Origin: Octopus vulgaris
Taxonomy: Eukaryota
DNA length: 64,000 bases
Assembly (NCBI GenBank): GCA_951406725.2
Contig: OX597833.1
Location: forward strand, 37,324,001-37,388,000
Direction of reading: 5' to 3'
Shown here: piece by piece, positions 39,828 through 51,779 of the stretch
Position numbering within the stretch: position 1 is the first letter of the stretch
Layout: each line of letters opens with the position of its first letter
Translations under genes and position numbers: made by a program
Notes under the pieces: model-generated
The model's input: the letters and a program-made list of their open reading frames with translations, nothing else
Told to the model about the DNA's origin: nothing
Databases searched by the model: none

Positions 39828-39861
39828 CTGTATTCATTGTCAGACAGTTCTTTCCTTTCAG
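39828..39861 (-). CDS. 34-nt cytoplasmic exon (AERKELSDNEY)
   Basis: ttttatattcttcag|CT GAA AGG...GAA TAC AG|gtatc; phase 1 to 2, complementary to the next exon. Confidence 0.75.
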
Positions 39862-40284
39862 CTGAAGAATATAAAATAATTGTCAATATTTTCAAATAAC
39901 ATTTTGATTATACAAAATTTAGTGAAAATTTTGATAGTAAAATAAACTAAATTATACTAAATTGGCAAAACAAAAATAATCCTACTATGCAAATGTGTGT
40001 GTAAGTGAGAGAGAGAAAGAGAGAGAGAGAGAGGAGTCAAAGAAAGAATTATGGAAAGAAGTTCGCTCTTTGCTTTACACAGTGAATCAAAAGCTGGTAT
40101 ATTTGTTCATGTCAACAGAATTGCTGTCACAACAGAGCAGTTGTTAGAATCAAATGAAAGCTGGAATAAATGAACAATTTAAATAAAATGAAGTATTGAT
40201 CACGATATTTTAAAAATATATTTTGTGTTTTTTGTTACTTATATAGAAAACATTATCTAATATTAATAATGATATTTAGCAGCA

Positions 40285-40580
40285 CCATAGTCAACTGCTA
40301 CAAAGGTAAAGGTGATGCATTAGATATAAATAATTACAGAGGCATCAAGTTATAGGATCAGGTAATGAAAGTCATAGAGAGGGTCACAGCCTAACAAATT
40401 AGGGAGAGAGTCAATCTAGACAAGATGCAGTTTGGGTTTCTGTCAGGGAAAAGTACCACTGATGCTATATTTCCGGTAAGACAGCTGCAGGAGAAATACC
40501 TAACCAAAGATAAACGTCTGTAACTGGCTTTCATTGACATAGAGAAAGCCTTTTACATGATCCCCCGATCCCTTATCTGG
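40285..40580 (+). mobile_element. RTE-clade reverse transcriptase fragment
   Basis: CYKGKGDALDINNYRGIKL...MQFGFLSGKSTTDAIF.VRQLQEKY...LAFIDIEKAF, with stops. Confidence 0.85.
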
Positions 40581-40584
40581 TAGT

Positions 40585-40980
40585 CAATGTAGAAACCAAG
40601 ATCGTAGATATTGCCATACCTGGAGATGTATGAGTGGATGATGAAGAATTGAAAAAGATTGAGAAGTACAAGCTACTAAAAGACAAAATTGCACGAATGT
40701 GAGTAATGAAGAAAGTAGCTGTCATCCCAGTAGTTGTAGGGGGATTAGGAGCATTAACAACCAGGTTTGAGAAATTTGTTGGAGGAAGTGGAATTGACAT
40801 GAGAAATGCTTTATTGAGAACAGTGAGGATTTTGAGACTGGTATTTGGGTGTTGAGTATCATGGAAGAAAACTTTGAGGTACTTGACAATAGGTTGTTGT
40901 TTGCTCTTACAAAATTAACCAGAACAAGTAAAATTGAGAGCTCTGAGAATAATAATGATAATAATAATAATAATAATAAT
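40585..40980 (+). mobile_element. R4/Dong-like 3' end with (TAA)n tail
   Basis: IVDIAIPGD...KKIEKYKLLKDKIAR...VIPVVVGGLGA restriction-like endonuclease, followed by (TAA)n. Confidence 0.75.
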
Positions 40981-40984
40981 AAAA

Positions 40985-41466
40985 TGCCCTGATGCAGTAC
41001 CAGGCAGTGGCTCTCATGGCTTCTGATCATAACTGATTGGAAGTGTTCTCATGTACATTGTTTTGTCTTGATATAAAAGATGGGCTACAGCAAATATTCT
41101 GCTCAATACCACAGATTTGCTTGTCAGTTGTTTGACCGTAACCAGTGGCTGACGATATGTGCATCTCTGATCATGAGCAGAAGTAGTTGAGGAGCATCAT
41201 AGCCGTGTGTTGAAAGGAATTCTTAGAGGTTTGGATAATTCACCTTTGGAAACATGATTCCATAAGCAATCAGGAAAATTCTAACTAGGCCCCACCTTCA
41301 AGGTCATGTGCTGTTTATCTTGATATGAGATCACCAGGTCACGCACATATGGTTGTGATGCATGTGCCTGCTATACCCTTATCAAATGGGTAGTCATGAT
41401 GGGTATACTGGGCTTTGTATATTTTACCCCAGTGTCACTTTGATGGCATGCACTGCTCTCTCACTC
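40985..41466 (+). repeat. Interspersed repeat E (probable LINE 3' end); second copy at 50140-50630
   Basis: Two highly similar ~480-bp copies ending gcatgcactgctctctcactc, next to (AAT)n-type tracts. Confidence 0.75.
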
Positions 41467-41477
41467 GACGACGACGG

Positions 41478-42300
41478 TCTCAAATTTTGACTCAAAGCCA
41501 GCAAGTTTGGGGGCAAGAGATAGTCAATTACATTGACCCCAATGCATAACTGGTACTTATTTCATCAACCCTGAAATGATGAAAGGCAAAGTCAAATTTG
41601 AACTTAGAGTGTAAGGACGGACAAAATGCTGCTAAGCATTTCACATGGCATACTAACGATTCTGCCAGCTTGCTGCCTTAATAATAATAATAATCATTTC
41701 TACTAAAGGCACAATGCCTGAAATTTGGAGGTGGGGACTAGTCAATTATATCAACCCCTGTACGTAACTGGTACTTATTTTATCAACCCCGAAAGGATGA
41801 AAGAAAGAGTGGACCTTGGTGGAATTTGAATTCAGACTAAAGACGGATGAAAAACCGTGAAGCATTTTGCCCAGTGTGCTAAATAAAGATTCCACCAGTC
41901 TGCTGCCTTAATAATAATCCTTTCTACTTTAGGCATAAAGCCTGAAATTTTGGGAGAGGGGGCCAGTCGATTACATTGATCCCAGTACTTGACAGGTATT
42001 TATTTTATTGACTCTGAAAGGATGAAAGGCAAGGTTGGCCTTGGCAGAATTTGAACTCAGATTGTAAAGACAGACAAAACACCACTATGCATTTATCTGG
42101 TATGCCAACGATTATGTCAGCTTGCTACCCTCAGCCCTTCTATAATAATGGTTTCTCAAATAGGCACAAGATTAAAAATTTTGGTAAAAAGGAGTAAATC
42201 AAACAAAGCCCTGGCCCAGTACTTGACTGGAGCTTATTATATTGATTCCAGAAGGATAAAAGGCAAAGTTGAGTTTGGCATGATTTGAAATCAGTGCATG
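41478..42300 (-). mobile_element. Head-to-tail array of four family B SINEs (tRNA head, Nin/Deu-like core, (ATT)n tail)
   Basis: About 220-bp unit; - strand reads aggcggcgagctggcagaatcgttag...gagttcaaattcc...gcctttcatcctttcggggtcgataaa...ggattattatt. Confidence 0.85.
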
Positions 42301-42778
42301 AAAATCAGTGCATGTAAATGACAATGGTTTTATATGTACATATAAATAAATAAATAAAAGGTTTCCTTCAGAATTTAAAGAGAAACATAACAGCACAATG
42401 ATTCTATGATGAGAGATAAAGGAGTCAATGCTATTGAAACATTGGAATTAGAAGATGGTAAGTACAGTGAAGATTGATCTGGGTTTATACATGCAATTTA
42501 GATTTACAAAATTTGGAGGCAAAATAAAAAAAAAAAAACAGTGAAAAATGCATTTACAACACTGACATGCAATATGAAGATTACTAAATGAGAAACAAAA
42601 TTACAACATTGATGATGATGAAAAGAAGTAGTTAGTTGAAAGTGCAGTCTCCAGATTTTAGAATTTTAATAAAAATGACTATTTCAAACTGATTGTGTAC
42701 ATGTGTATGATGTGGAATATAGTTGATTGTGTCAACCTCAGTATATGACTGGTACTTTATTTTATTGACAATCTAGAA

Positions 42779-43524
42779 CAGTGGTTCTCAACCATTTTTT
42801 AATCTATTTTTATTCTGGTGGACCTCCATAGCTATTTTATGTTTAAAAACTAGTTTCATAGATATTTCTTTCAAAAATTCCTATTTTGTTTTTCATACAT
42901 TAACATAGGCGCAGGAGTGGCTGTGTGGTAAGTAGCTTGCTAACCAACCACATGGTTCCGGGTTCAGTCCCACTGCGTGGCATCTTGGGCAAGTGTCTTC
43001 TGCTATAGCCCCGGGCCGACCAATGCCTTGTGAGTGGATTTGGTAGACGGAAACTGAAAGAATCCCGTCGTATATATGTCTGTATATATGTATGTGTGTG
43101 TATATGTTTGTGTGTCTGTGTTTGTCCCCCTAGCATTGCTTGCTTGACAACCGATGCTGGTGTGTTTACATCCCCGTCACTTAGCAGTTCGGCAAAAGAG
43201 ACCGATAGAATAAGTACTGGGCTTACAAAGAATAAGTCCCGGGGTCGATTTGCTTGACTAAAGGCGGTGCTCCCACATGGCCGCAGTCAAATGACTGAAA
43301 CAAGTAAAAGAGTATGTGTAGGTTGAACAACTTGTATGTAAAATGTTAGAAAGCAAAATGCAGCTGTTTCTTTCAATGAATACATCTGAATCAAAGTTTT
43401 TTCATGGACCCTTAAAATATTACTACAGATTCTCAATTTACCATTTTGCTAGCATGCCCGCCTCCTTCCAATCTCACATGGACCCCACCACTAGGGTCAT
43501 ATGGATCCTTGTTGAGAACCCATG
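42779..43524. mobile_element. hAT-type MITE inserted in a family B SINE and containing a family A SINE
   Basis: TIR cagtggttctcaac / gttgagaacccatg; 8-bp TSD atctagaa / atccagaa. Confidence 0.8.
42908..43312 (+). mobile_element. SINE family A, full length, inserted in a hAT MITE
   Basis: Near-identical to family A. Confidence 0.9.
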
Positions 43525-44390
43525 ATCCAGAAGGATAAAAAGTTGACAATGGTGAAATTTGAACTCAGAATGCAAACAAATGTAACTAGATATCGCAAGG
43601 CATTTTGTTCAAGACAAATGGGTATAGCAATCTAATAATAACAATAAATTTTTCTACTAAAGGTACAAGGCCTGGAGTTTTGGGGGAGAGGACTGGTCGA
43701 TTATGTCAACCCCACTGCTTCACTGGTATTTAATTTATCAGCCACAAAAGAATGAAAGGCAAAGCTGACCGTGGCGAAATTTGAACTCAGAACATAGCAA
43801 CAGACAAAATACCATTAAGTATTTCTTCCAACTTGCTAATGAACCTGTCAGCATACTGCCTTAATAATGATGATGATAATAATAATGATGATAAACACAA
43901 TTCTACAACATCCACTCCCCACCCAAGAAATACTGTACACTCCTAAGGAATGTGGTGGTGCAAATGGAAACTCATATATGTAAGGAGCTAAATGAAATAC
44001 TGCAGGCACTTTAACAGTGCTCAAATGGTTCTATCAGATCACTGTTTACAATTGTTTCTAATTAAGGTACAAGGTCAGCATTTTAAGGAGAAGGGGTGGG
44101 GGTTAGTTGATACTATCACCTTGAGTACTTGACTGGTACTTTACTGACCTCAGAAGAATGAAAAGCCAAAGTTCCCACCAGCTGGATTTGAACTCTCAAC
44201 ATTAGAAGCTAGAGCAAATATTAGAAGGCATTTTGTCCAACACTCTAGAAGAGGAATGATAATGGTGATGTGCTTGTTTATAGATACATCACCAACAGTT
44301 TAAGGAAAATAGTCAATTAAACTGACTGCAATATATGACTGATACTCATTTTAATGATCCTAGAAATAGATCAATAATGAGATTTAAACC
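43525..44390 (-). mobile_element. Family B SINE array, several diverged copies
   Basis: Repeated ggtacttaatttat...gaaaggcaaag...aatttgaactcag blocks separated by (TAA)n. Confidence 0.75.
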
Positions 44391-46125
44391 AAATGTATAA
44401 TGATAGTATAGTAATACCCTACTATCATTTTTGCTAAATTAGTATTTGCATGTGCTTACAAATTTCTCACTTTGTTTTAAGACATTTTGTAAAGAGAAGG
44501 CTATACCCTATGTAATAAAGTATACCACAGTATATTACTGGTACTTTATTTATTCATTTGAATGAACAGCAAAACTGACACTTGAATACAGTGAACCCAA
44601 AATGTTAAAAGATACAACTGTTTGATACACCTATATTTTTTTGTACTCTTCTACACTCATCTCAATAACAACATAATAGCAAAAACAATTCTCCAGTTAT
44701 TCATTTTTAAATATTTGTTTTCTTTTACTCAGTATAAAGAAAATTTGCTTGAATGTTTACAAGGTATTGACCTTTTTGTTTTTGTAGCATTTTATACTGT
44801 GGTCATCCTCAACTACTGAGGATTTTATTGAGTTTTAAAAATTTGTCAAAGACAGGACAGGCATTTGCACTTGTAATCCTTCTTAGATAGAAGTGTGGGT
44901 AAAGATGACTGGATAAGAAAATACAGTTAATGTTCATTGTAGAAAGGGAAGGAAATTTCAGATGGCTGGGAGAGGTTCTGGAGAAGATGGAATAAATAAT
45001 TTAGTGTATAACTGAGGAATGAGGATTAAGCTACTGTAAGATGTTTAAGAGTAGCATGGTACAGTCAGCAAATTCAAAAGAACAGAGACTGTTTCTAGTA
45101 GTGAAGTAAAAAGAAGAAGGAGAAAAGTAGAATGTAGTTGAGCACGCACAATGGTTGGTAAGTGTTGGCTTATTAATGACAAGGGCAATAACTTAGATTC
45201 CACCAAAATATGCAGAGTAAGAGGCTACTGATGTATGATTTGGAAAAAGGTTTCCAATTTTATAGAACTGTACAATCAATGAGGTTTGAAGACAAAATTC
45301 AGGGTAGAAGATGAATGGTTTTTATGATTTTCCATTACCTTAAACTTTTTTTTTATACCAATTGATCTAAGACCTCTGGTTCTAAGATACAAAATCTGCC
45401 TGTCTTAAAATTCATATTTAAATTAAAATCTTGCATCATTGTTTTATGCAAGATCCTTTTAAATTATGATCCAAAACCCAGCTAAATAATAAGAAAGTTA
45501 TTTTATTAAGTTCTTGATTATATTTAAAAAGTCATAGTTGAAGTTTGTTGGAAATATAGTCATAAAAAAGTTAAAGATATTCATAAATTGAGATGGATCA
45601 CAAAGTATTATTAATTTCTGGAAAGAAGAAATTATTATAGTCTTTAGAAAATTAATAATACAGAATACACAGAGAACCCATCCTACCTCCAAGAATGAAG
45701 AATAGGAATTCTTGAGAGAAAGGTAAAAACTGATAAAATTATGGCAGTATGTATCAAAGGGGAGTTCCTTGGAGAACTATATTAAAAAATAAAGACATTT
45801 TCAAGTGAAATGAAATAAATCACTGATATGATAATAATAATAATAATAAAACATTGTGTACAGTGCTCAGGTGCACTACAACTCATCTAAAGTGTATATA
45901 TAATCAGGTGTAGTTTTGGCGGATTTCGGAAAGCATGAGGGCCTTAAAGGATGCAGTGTCATGGCAGTCAACAACTGAGACTGCTGAAAGACAAGTGTTA
46001 CCTGAAGAATTAAGACTGAGACTCAATGAAGAGGAGATTAAGTAAGAAAAGGAATTAGCAAGATAATTTAAGCAAGAAGAAAAATTGACAACATCAATAA
46101 CCTAAATACTTGAGATATGTGTTAC

Positions 46126-46149
46126 CTGGTTTGTAACGTCCAATCATAG
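46126..46149 (-). CDS. 24-nt cytoplasmic micro-exon (AMIGRYKP)
   Basis: attttaccttttgaacacag|CT ATG ATT GGA CGT TAC AAA CCA G|gtaac; phase 1-1, open in frame. Confidence 0.65.
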
Positions 46150-46419
46150 CTGTGTTCAAAAGGTAAAATCACAACAATAAATGACAGACTTGTCTAATAA
46201 TGGAAAAGATAAATGAAGGCACAAAACACAATAAAAAAGTAGTTGTAACTCCTCTAATTTCTTTTTGTAATAAAGGGGAAAAAGTCAATTGCCTAGAATC
46301 CTTAAAATTACTTTCAAAATGCCTTTAAAAAATAAGGGAGCACAAACAAATCCAAAGTCTTTAGTGAAGTAACAGAAGAAATTATCACAAGTGTTTCTAA
46401 CATGATGATTACAGCAACA

Positions 46420-46985
46420 ATAATAATCCTTTCTACTAAAGGCATAAAGTCTGAAATTGTTTTTTTGTTGGGGTACTAGTCGATTACCTCGACCCCAGTG
46501 TTTTACTGGAACATAATTTATTGACCCTGAAAGGATGAAAGGCAAAGTTGACCTCAGCAGAATTTGAACTCAGTAAGTGAGGAGACCCCCCTTTGGTCAT
46601 GAATGACCATGGGATTGCACCTAGAATGTTACCCTCTGAGGCACAAGTCTGGGCAAGGTTGTTTGTGAAAGACCATCAGTTGCCCATGCATACTGGCCTC
46701 CCCTCTCCACACCATTGATGTTATCCAAGGGAAAGGCGAAGGCCGATACAGCTTGGCACCAGTGATGTCGTAACTCATTTCTACAGCTGAGTGAACTTGA
46801 GCAACATGAAATAAAGTGTCTTGCTCAAGAATACAACACACAGCCTGGTCCAGGAATCAAACTCACAACCTCACAACCGTAAGCTCGACGCTCTAACCAC
46901 TGAGCCATGCACCTTCACTCAGTAGGGCAAAATACCACTAAGCATTTCATCCAGAATGCTAACGATTCTGCCAGCTCGCCACCTT
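46420..46985 (-). mobile_element. Family B SINE interrupted by a family C SINE (46576-46916)
   Basis: Family C has a tRNA head (tggctcagtggttagagc...gagtttgattcc) and a CORE-like ttcttgagcaagacact; 8-bp TSD actcagta at 46568-46575 and 46917-46924. Confidence 0.85.
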
Positions 46986-47740
46986 TCTTAATAATAATAA
47001 TAATAATGATAATGTTGTTTTCTCTTATTGGTATAAGGCTATATATTTATAGTGGGGGATACAGTTGATGAACAGATACTTATATTATATTGACCCTGGA
47101 GAAATAAAATGCAATGTTGGCTGTAGTAGGATTTAAACCTAGAACAATTACTGTCAGGTATTAAGTCCAGCTATCCATAATGTCTAAAGTATATAATCAA
47201 TTGAATTGACTTCAATATATAGCAGGTATGTTTTGTATTGCTCCTGATAGTTAATGTGTTTATGAGCAAGAGTGTGTGTGCAAGCTTCTGCTGGTGCTAG
47301 AGAAAAATCGTGTGCACATGCACGTGTTAAACCACAAATATACAATTGCATTTAGATGATGGAATGTACATTTGTGTATGTGCTTATAAATATACACACA
47401 CACGTACATATAGAAAGAAAGACAGATACACGTGAACAAAAAAAAACTTACTTGGTAAAACAAAAAACAGCTTGCAGAGAGGATGATAGTTATGTGGAGG
47501 CAACAATAATGATGGTGTGATAATACGGTTTAACACCTTGCTTCAGTGTGAAGTAATAACAATAATAGCAAAGTGTATAAATAAAGTGTAATTTAGGGCA
47601 TAAAATAAAGCAGAAGCACATTGACCTCCATACTTCAGGAAGTAGAGAAGTCGACCCCAACACAACTCCTCACCACTATGGTGTGGTAGTTTTGTGTGAC
47701 AGAGAAACAACATGGACAAAATTGAAAAACTTCAACTCAC

Positions 47741-47878
47741 CTTCGGCTGCAGCAGCTTCCATTGCCCTCTTCTTAGCTCGCTTTCTGCGAATGTAGAGTA
47801 CGACGCCAAGGATTATAGCAATTATAATCTCAGGAATAATAACACAAAGCACCACAATGATAATCAACTTTGAAGAAT
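47741..47878 (-). CDS. Transmembrane exon of the IgSF gene (DSSKLIIIVVLCVIIPEIIIAIILGVVLYIRRKRAKKRAMEAAAAE)
   Basis: Strong acceptor (long U/C tract, gtttcag|AT), donor GAAG|gtgagt; 138 nt, phase 1-1. Hydrophobic helix followed by the basic stop-transfer RRKRAKKR. Confidence 0.92.
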
Positions 47879-48222
47879 CTGAAACAGCAAATAAGAAAAA
47901 AGAAAAGAAAAAGAAAATTTATATATTTTCCTCTGTCGAGAGTCAACCTCTAATTTCTGTTCTCTTTTCTTATCCTCCACCGACTGTCCAACCCTGGTAG
48001 CATTTGAGATCAGAACATAAAGAAAAATAACTGAATATGACAATGCATTAGAAGTCAAGCACATTTCAGACAGTACTGACCTGACAAACTAGAACAATGA
48101 CAACAACAACAACAACAGTCTTAATATATGAACAAGGTGTAAAATTTGGCAGAGGGGAACAGTCAATATATCAACCCAATACTTGACTAATACTGCAAAG
48201 AATGTAATACAATAACAAGTCT

Positions 48223-48682
48223 ACCAAACAAACCCTTGTCCTAATTGAGTTATAAGTGAACATTTCTCCTGGAAGTTTATTCAATAGCATCTTATTAATG
48301 CTATGTAGAGCAACATTTTTTTGGAACCAGGATAGCTCGCTCACAGATCCATTCTGTATTGTAATTATGAAGAAGATTAAGAAATATTTCAGCCACCAAA
48401 TCATCGATGGAATCAGTTGAATTACATATTGGATTGAGCGTTCTTCATCAATTGGAACTCTCCCTTCACTGAGTTTCAGAAGCTGCTCTGTAAAGAGTTC
48501 AATTGACTGATCTCTTGAAAGCCTCAATCTCATATTTGTCAAAAGTTGAAGTGCTTTCATATGATGCCATAATATAGAAGATTTTATTGAAGCACAATTA
48601 GTATTGCTGCCCTTGAACCATTTAGTTTCGTTTTATGGGACAAACACACAAACGGACAGAATCTCTCTTTTAGATACATAGA
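48223..48682 (-). mobile_element. Deleted Helitron with PIF1 helicase remnant (another 5' end at about 61329-61480, + strand)
   Basis: LTNMRL...LLKLSEG...KNV...IN.MLL.KLPG...Y.S; 5' end tctat...aaaag..attctgtc.gtttgt is shared with the 61329 copy. Confidence 0.7.
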
Positions 48683-48949
48683 CTAGTTATAGGACTCATT
48701 AGAATCTAGGCACGTAGGATGCCAGAAATGATTAGGTACAATAACATAGGGTTCACAGTGAGGATGCCTTCAGTATGAACTCTATATACATATATACACA
48801 CACACACCTAATAAAACAACACAACATATACTATATCAATAACATCAATCACAGTATATACATTCAGCTTCTCAACACAATAAATACAACATGGCACATA
48901 TTTTGTACAGCAAATTAAATACTACAATAGCACCAGAAACAACAAATAA

Positions 48950-50850
48950 TAATAATAATCCTTACTACTATAGGCACAAGGCCTAAAATTTGTGTGAAGC
49001 AGGTAAGCCGATTACATCGACTCCAGTGCGTAACTGGTACTCAATTTATTGACCCTCAAAGGGATGAAAGGCAAAGTCGACCTCAGCAGAATTTGAACTC
49101 AGAATGTAAAGATGGACTAACTGCTGCTAAGCATTTTCCCCAGTGTGCTAACAATTCTGCCAGCTTGCTGCCTTGATGATAATAATAATCCTGTAGTGAC
49201 GTCATTTTCCAGTGTGCGCACACGCAACGTCATTCTTCAGTGTGCGTGTGCGGAACGTCATTCTTCAGTGTGCGTGTGCGGAACGTCATTCTTCAGTGTG
49301 CGTGTGCGGAATGTCATTCTTCAGTGTGCGTGTGCGGGGCTGGAACCTTCTAGAAAGGCCTTAGGAAGTTCCCTCATGCACATGCGCAAGAGACTGGGGA
49401 AGAAAATTCTATCGCGTTCCTTGTTAGCGTCGTTGACTTGAGACACGGCTATTGAAGAGAAAGGACATGTTGTGTTAAACGTGTGATCAGCCTATTCTCC
49501 TGTCCCAGACGCTTAAGATTTGACCTGCTCTGTTGTTGCTGAATTTGTTGTAAGAATCTTACAAATGTTAAAGTTCAGCCTTGCTATATCGAACCAAGTG
49601 GATACCAATATACCAACGTACTTCTTTTGTAAATAAGAAAATAAAGAGTTATATATATATTTATGGTTGCGTTCTTGTTCCTGACTGGTATTTTCTGGAA
49701 ATTAAAGAAAGGAAATTGGTTGCACCCAAACAGTGTAAAGAATTAACCAGTTCCATTACAAATCCTTTCTACTATAGGCACAAGGTCTGAAATTTGTGTG
49801 GAGTGGGTAAGTTGATTACATCAATCCCAGTGCGTAACTAGCACTTAATTTATTGACCCCAAAAGGATGAAAGGCAAAGTTGAACTTGGTGGAATTTGAA
49901 CTCTAAATGTAGCAACAGATGTAATGCTACTAAATAGTTTGCCTGGCATGCTAATGATTCAGCCAGCTTACTGCCTTAATAATAATTCTTTCTGCTATAG
50001 GCACAAGCCTTGGAATTTGTGGGGAGGGTGATAGTTGATTACACCGACCTCAGTACTTGACTGGTACTTAATTTATCAACCTTGAAAAGATGAAAGGCAA
50101 AGGCTGACCTCGGCAGAAACTACAATAATAATAATAATGATACACTATTTTGTCTTGGTATAAAAGATGGGCTACAACAAATATTCTGCTCAATACCACA
50201 GATTTGCTTGTCAGTTGTTTGACCGTAACCAGTTGAGCATGTCCCTTAGTGGCTGACGATATGTGCATCTCTAACCACAAGCAGAAGTAGTTGGGGAGCA
50301 TCAGAGCTGTGTGTTGAAAGGATTTTCTTGGAGGTTTGAATAATTCAACTTTGGATACACGAGTGGTTTGTTCAACATCCTTAAACAATCTTTACTCAGG
50401 GACCTTTTGAGCGGGGTGGGCTACTCGACCAGAAAAAAATTCTAACTGGGCCCCACCTGCAAGGTCATGTGCTGTTTATCTTGATATGAGATCACCATGT
50501 CACACACATTTGGTTGTGATGCATGTGCCTGGTGTACCCTTATCAGACGGGTAGTCATGATGGGTATACTGGGCTTCGTATATTTTACCCAAGTGTCACA
50601 TTGATGGCATGCACTGCTCTCTCACTCAATAATAATAATATTAATGCTTCTAATTTATGCACACTCATCTACAGTTGGAAGAGAGAGGTTAGTTGATCAA
50701 ATCAACCTCAGTACTCAGCTGGTACTTTATTGACCCTAGAAGGATGAAAGGCAAATACAATGTTGGTGGGATTTGAAATCAGAGTGTAAAGGGTTATATA
50801 ACTGCAAAACAGACATTTTTTCTAATACTCCAGCCACTCCACCAACCTGC
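48950..50850 (-). mobile_element. Family B SINE array hosting a solo LTR and a repeat E copy (further B copies at 53560-53830)
   Basis: B units at about 48950-49172, 49761-49976, 49980-50120 and 50640-50850. Confidence 0.8.
49192..49760. mobile_element. Solo LTR (569 bp) with five 28-bp tandem repeats
   Basis: Ends TGTAGTG...CATTACA, perfect 5-bp TSD aatcc (49187-49191, 49761-49765), AATAAA near 49640, CpG-rich. Confidence 0.85.
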
Positions 50851-51585
50851 TAACAATAATAACAAAAATAGTTAAGAGTGATTAAAATGGCAACCCCATT
50901 TGCATTGTGAAAAGCAATTAGAACCACACCCCTCAAGTAATGATGATGATTGGAAGACTAACTCTACAGATATCTGTCCATTTAGCCTCTCCACTAACAA
51001 TTTGGATGAGGGACAAGCTGGAGTTTCACAGTAGCATTGACATTTTCTACTTGGCCAACAAATGTCATGTTATGATTTCTTTTAACCAATGACAAAACAA
51101 TCACTTGGAAGACAGGGATCAGTAGTAAATGGAAAAGGTTACTGGTGATGATGATAGTGATGGGATAGTGGAGATAGTAATGGTAATGGTGGGGACAGTG
51201 AAGGCGATGGTAAAGAAAGCAAATCTCCCAGTGAATTCCCTTCTCTTTTTGAAATGTCTGATCACAATATTATTCTAAGAGTATTTGTTTAATCTAGCAA
51301 GAAAAAAGCAGATAACCACCTCACCATCAAATTTGCTACTATTCTGAAACCAAAAGGTGAAATTTCAAAAACATTACATGAATTGAAAAATAAAGAAACT
51401 GAAATCATTCTCTTCGTTTTACTTAAATACTGATTATTGAACACTGATAGCTGTACACTGAGATTTTGAATTCTTCCACAGGCTCATCTGCAGGTTTGAC
51501 AATCAAACCTTAGTAGTTACATAAATGCATACATTACACACACACACACTCACATTTGAAGGAATGACTGAGTTGTTAAACTTAC

Positions 51586-51603
51586 CTTTCTCTTCATTTT
51601 TAA
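51586..51603 (-). CDS. 18-nt stalk micro-exon of the IgSF gene (VKNEEK)
   Basis: Pyrimidine tract tctttgttctttcag|TT AAA AAT GAA GAG AAA G|gtaagt; phase 1-1, joins the Ig and TM exons in frame. Confidence 0.75.
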
Positions 51604-51779
51604 CTGAAAGAACAAAGATAGAAACATAAAGAATATTAAATTTCAAATATATCATCTAATACATTCAGTATTTAAATTATTTATGCATCTGTTAAAACAA
51701 CAATAACAATCCTCATTGCAAATATGACTCACTGGAAGACAAAACTGATGATGAACATGACATCACTAGGGAGTGTAGC

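Noticed and set aside
42372-42458. + strand exon-like segment (ccttcag|...ATG|gtaagt) antisense to the IgSF gene
   Set aside because: Stops in all frames and no partner exons identified.
46002-46021. Possible extra micro-exon before a CAG|gtaac donor (similarly 47452-47470)
   Set aside because: Lengths of 14/20 and 19 nt break the frame, and the acceptors are weak.
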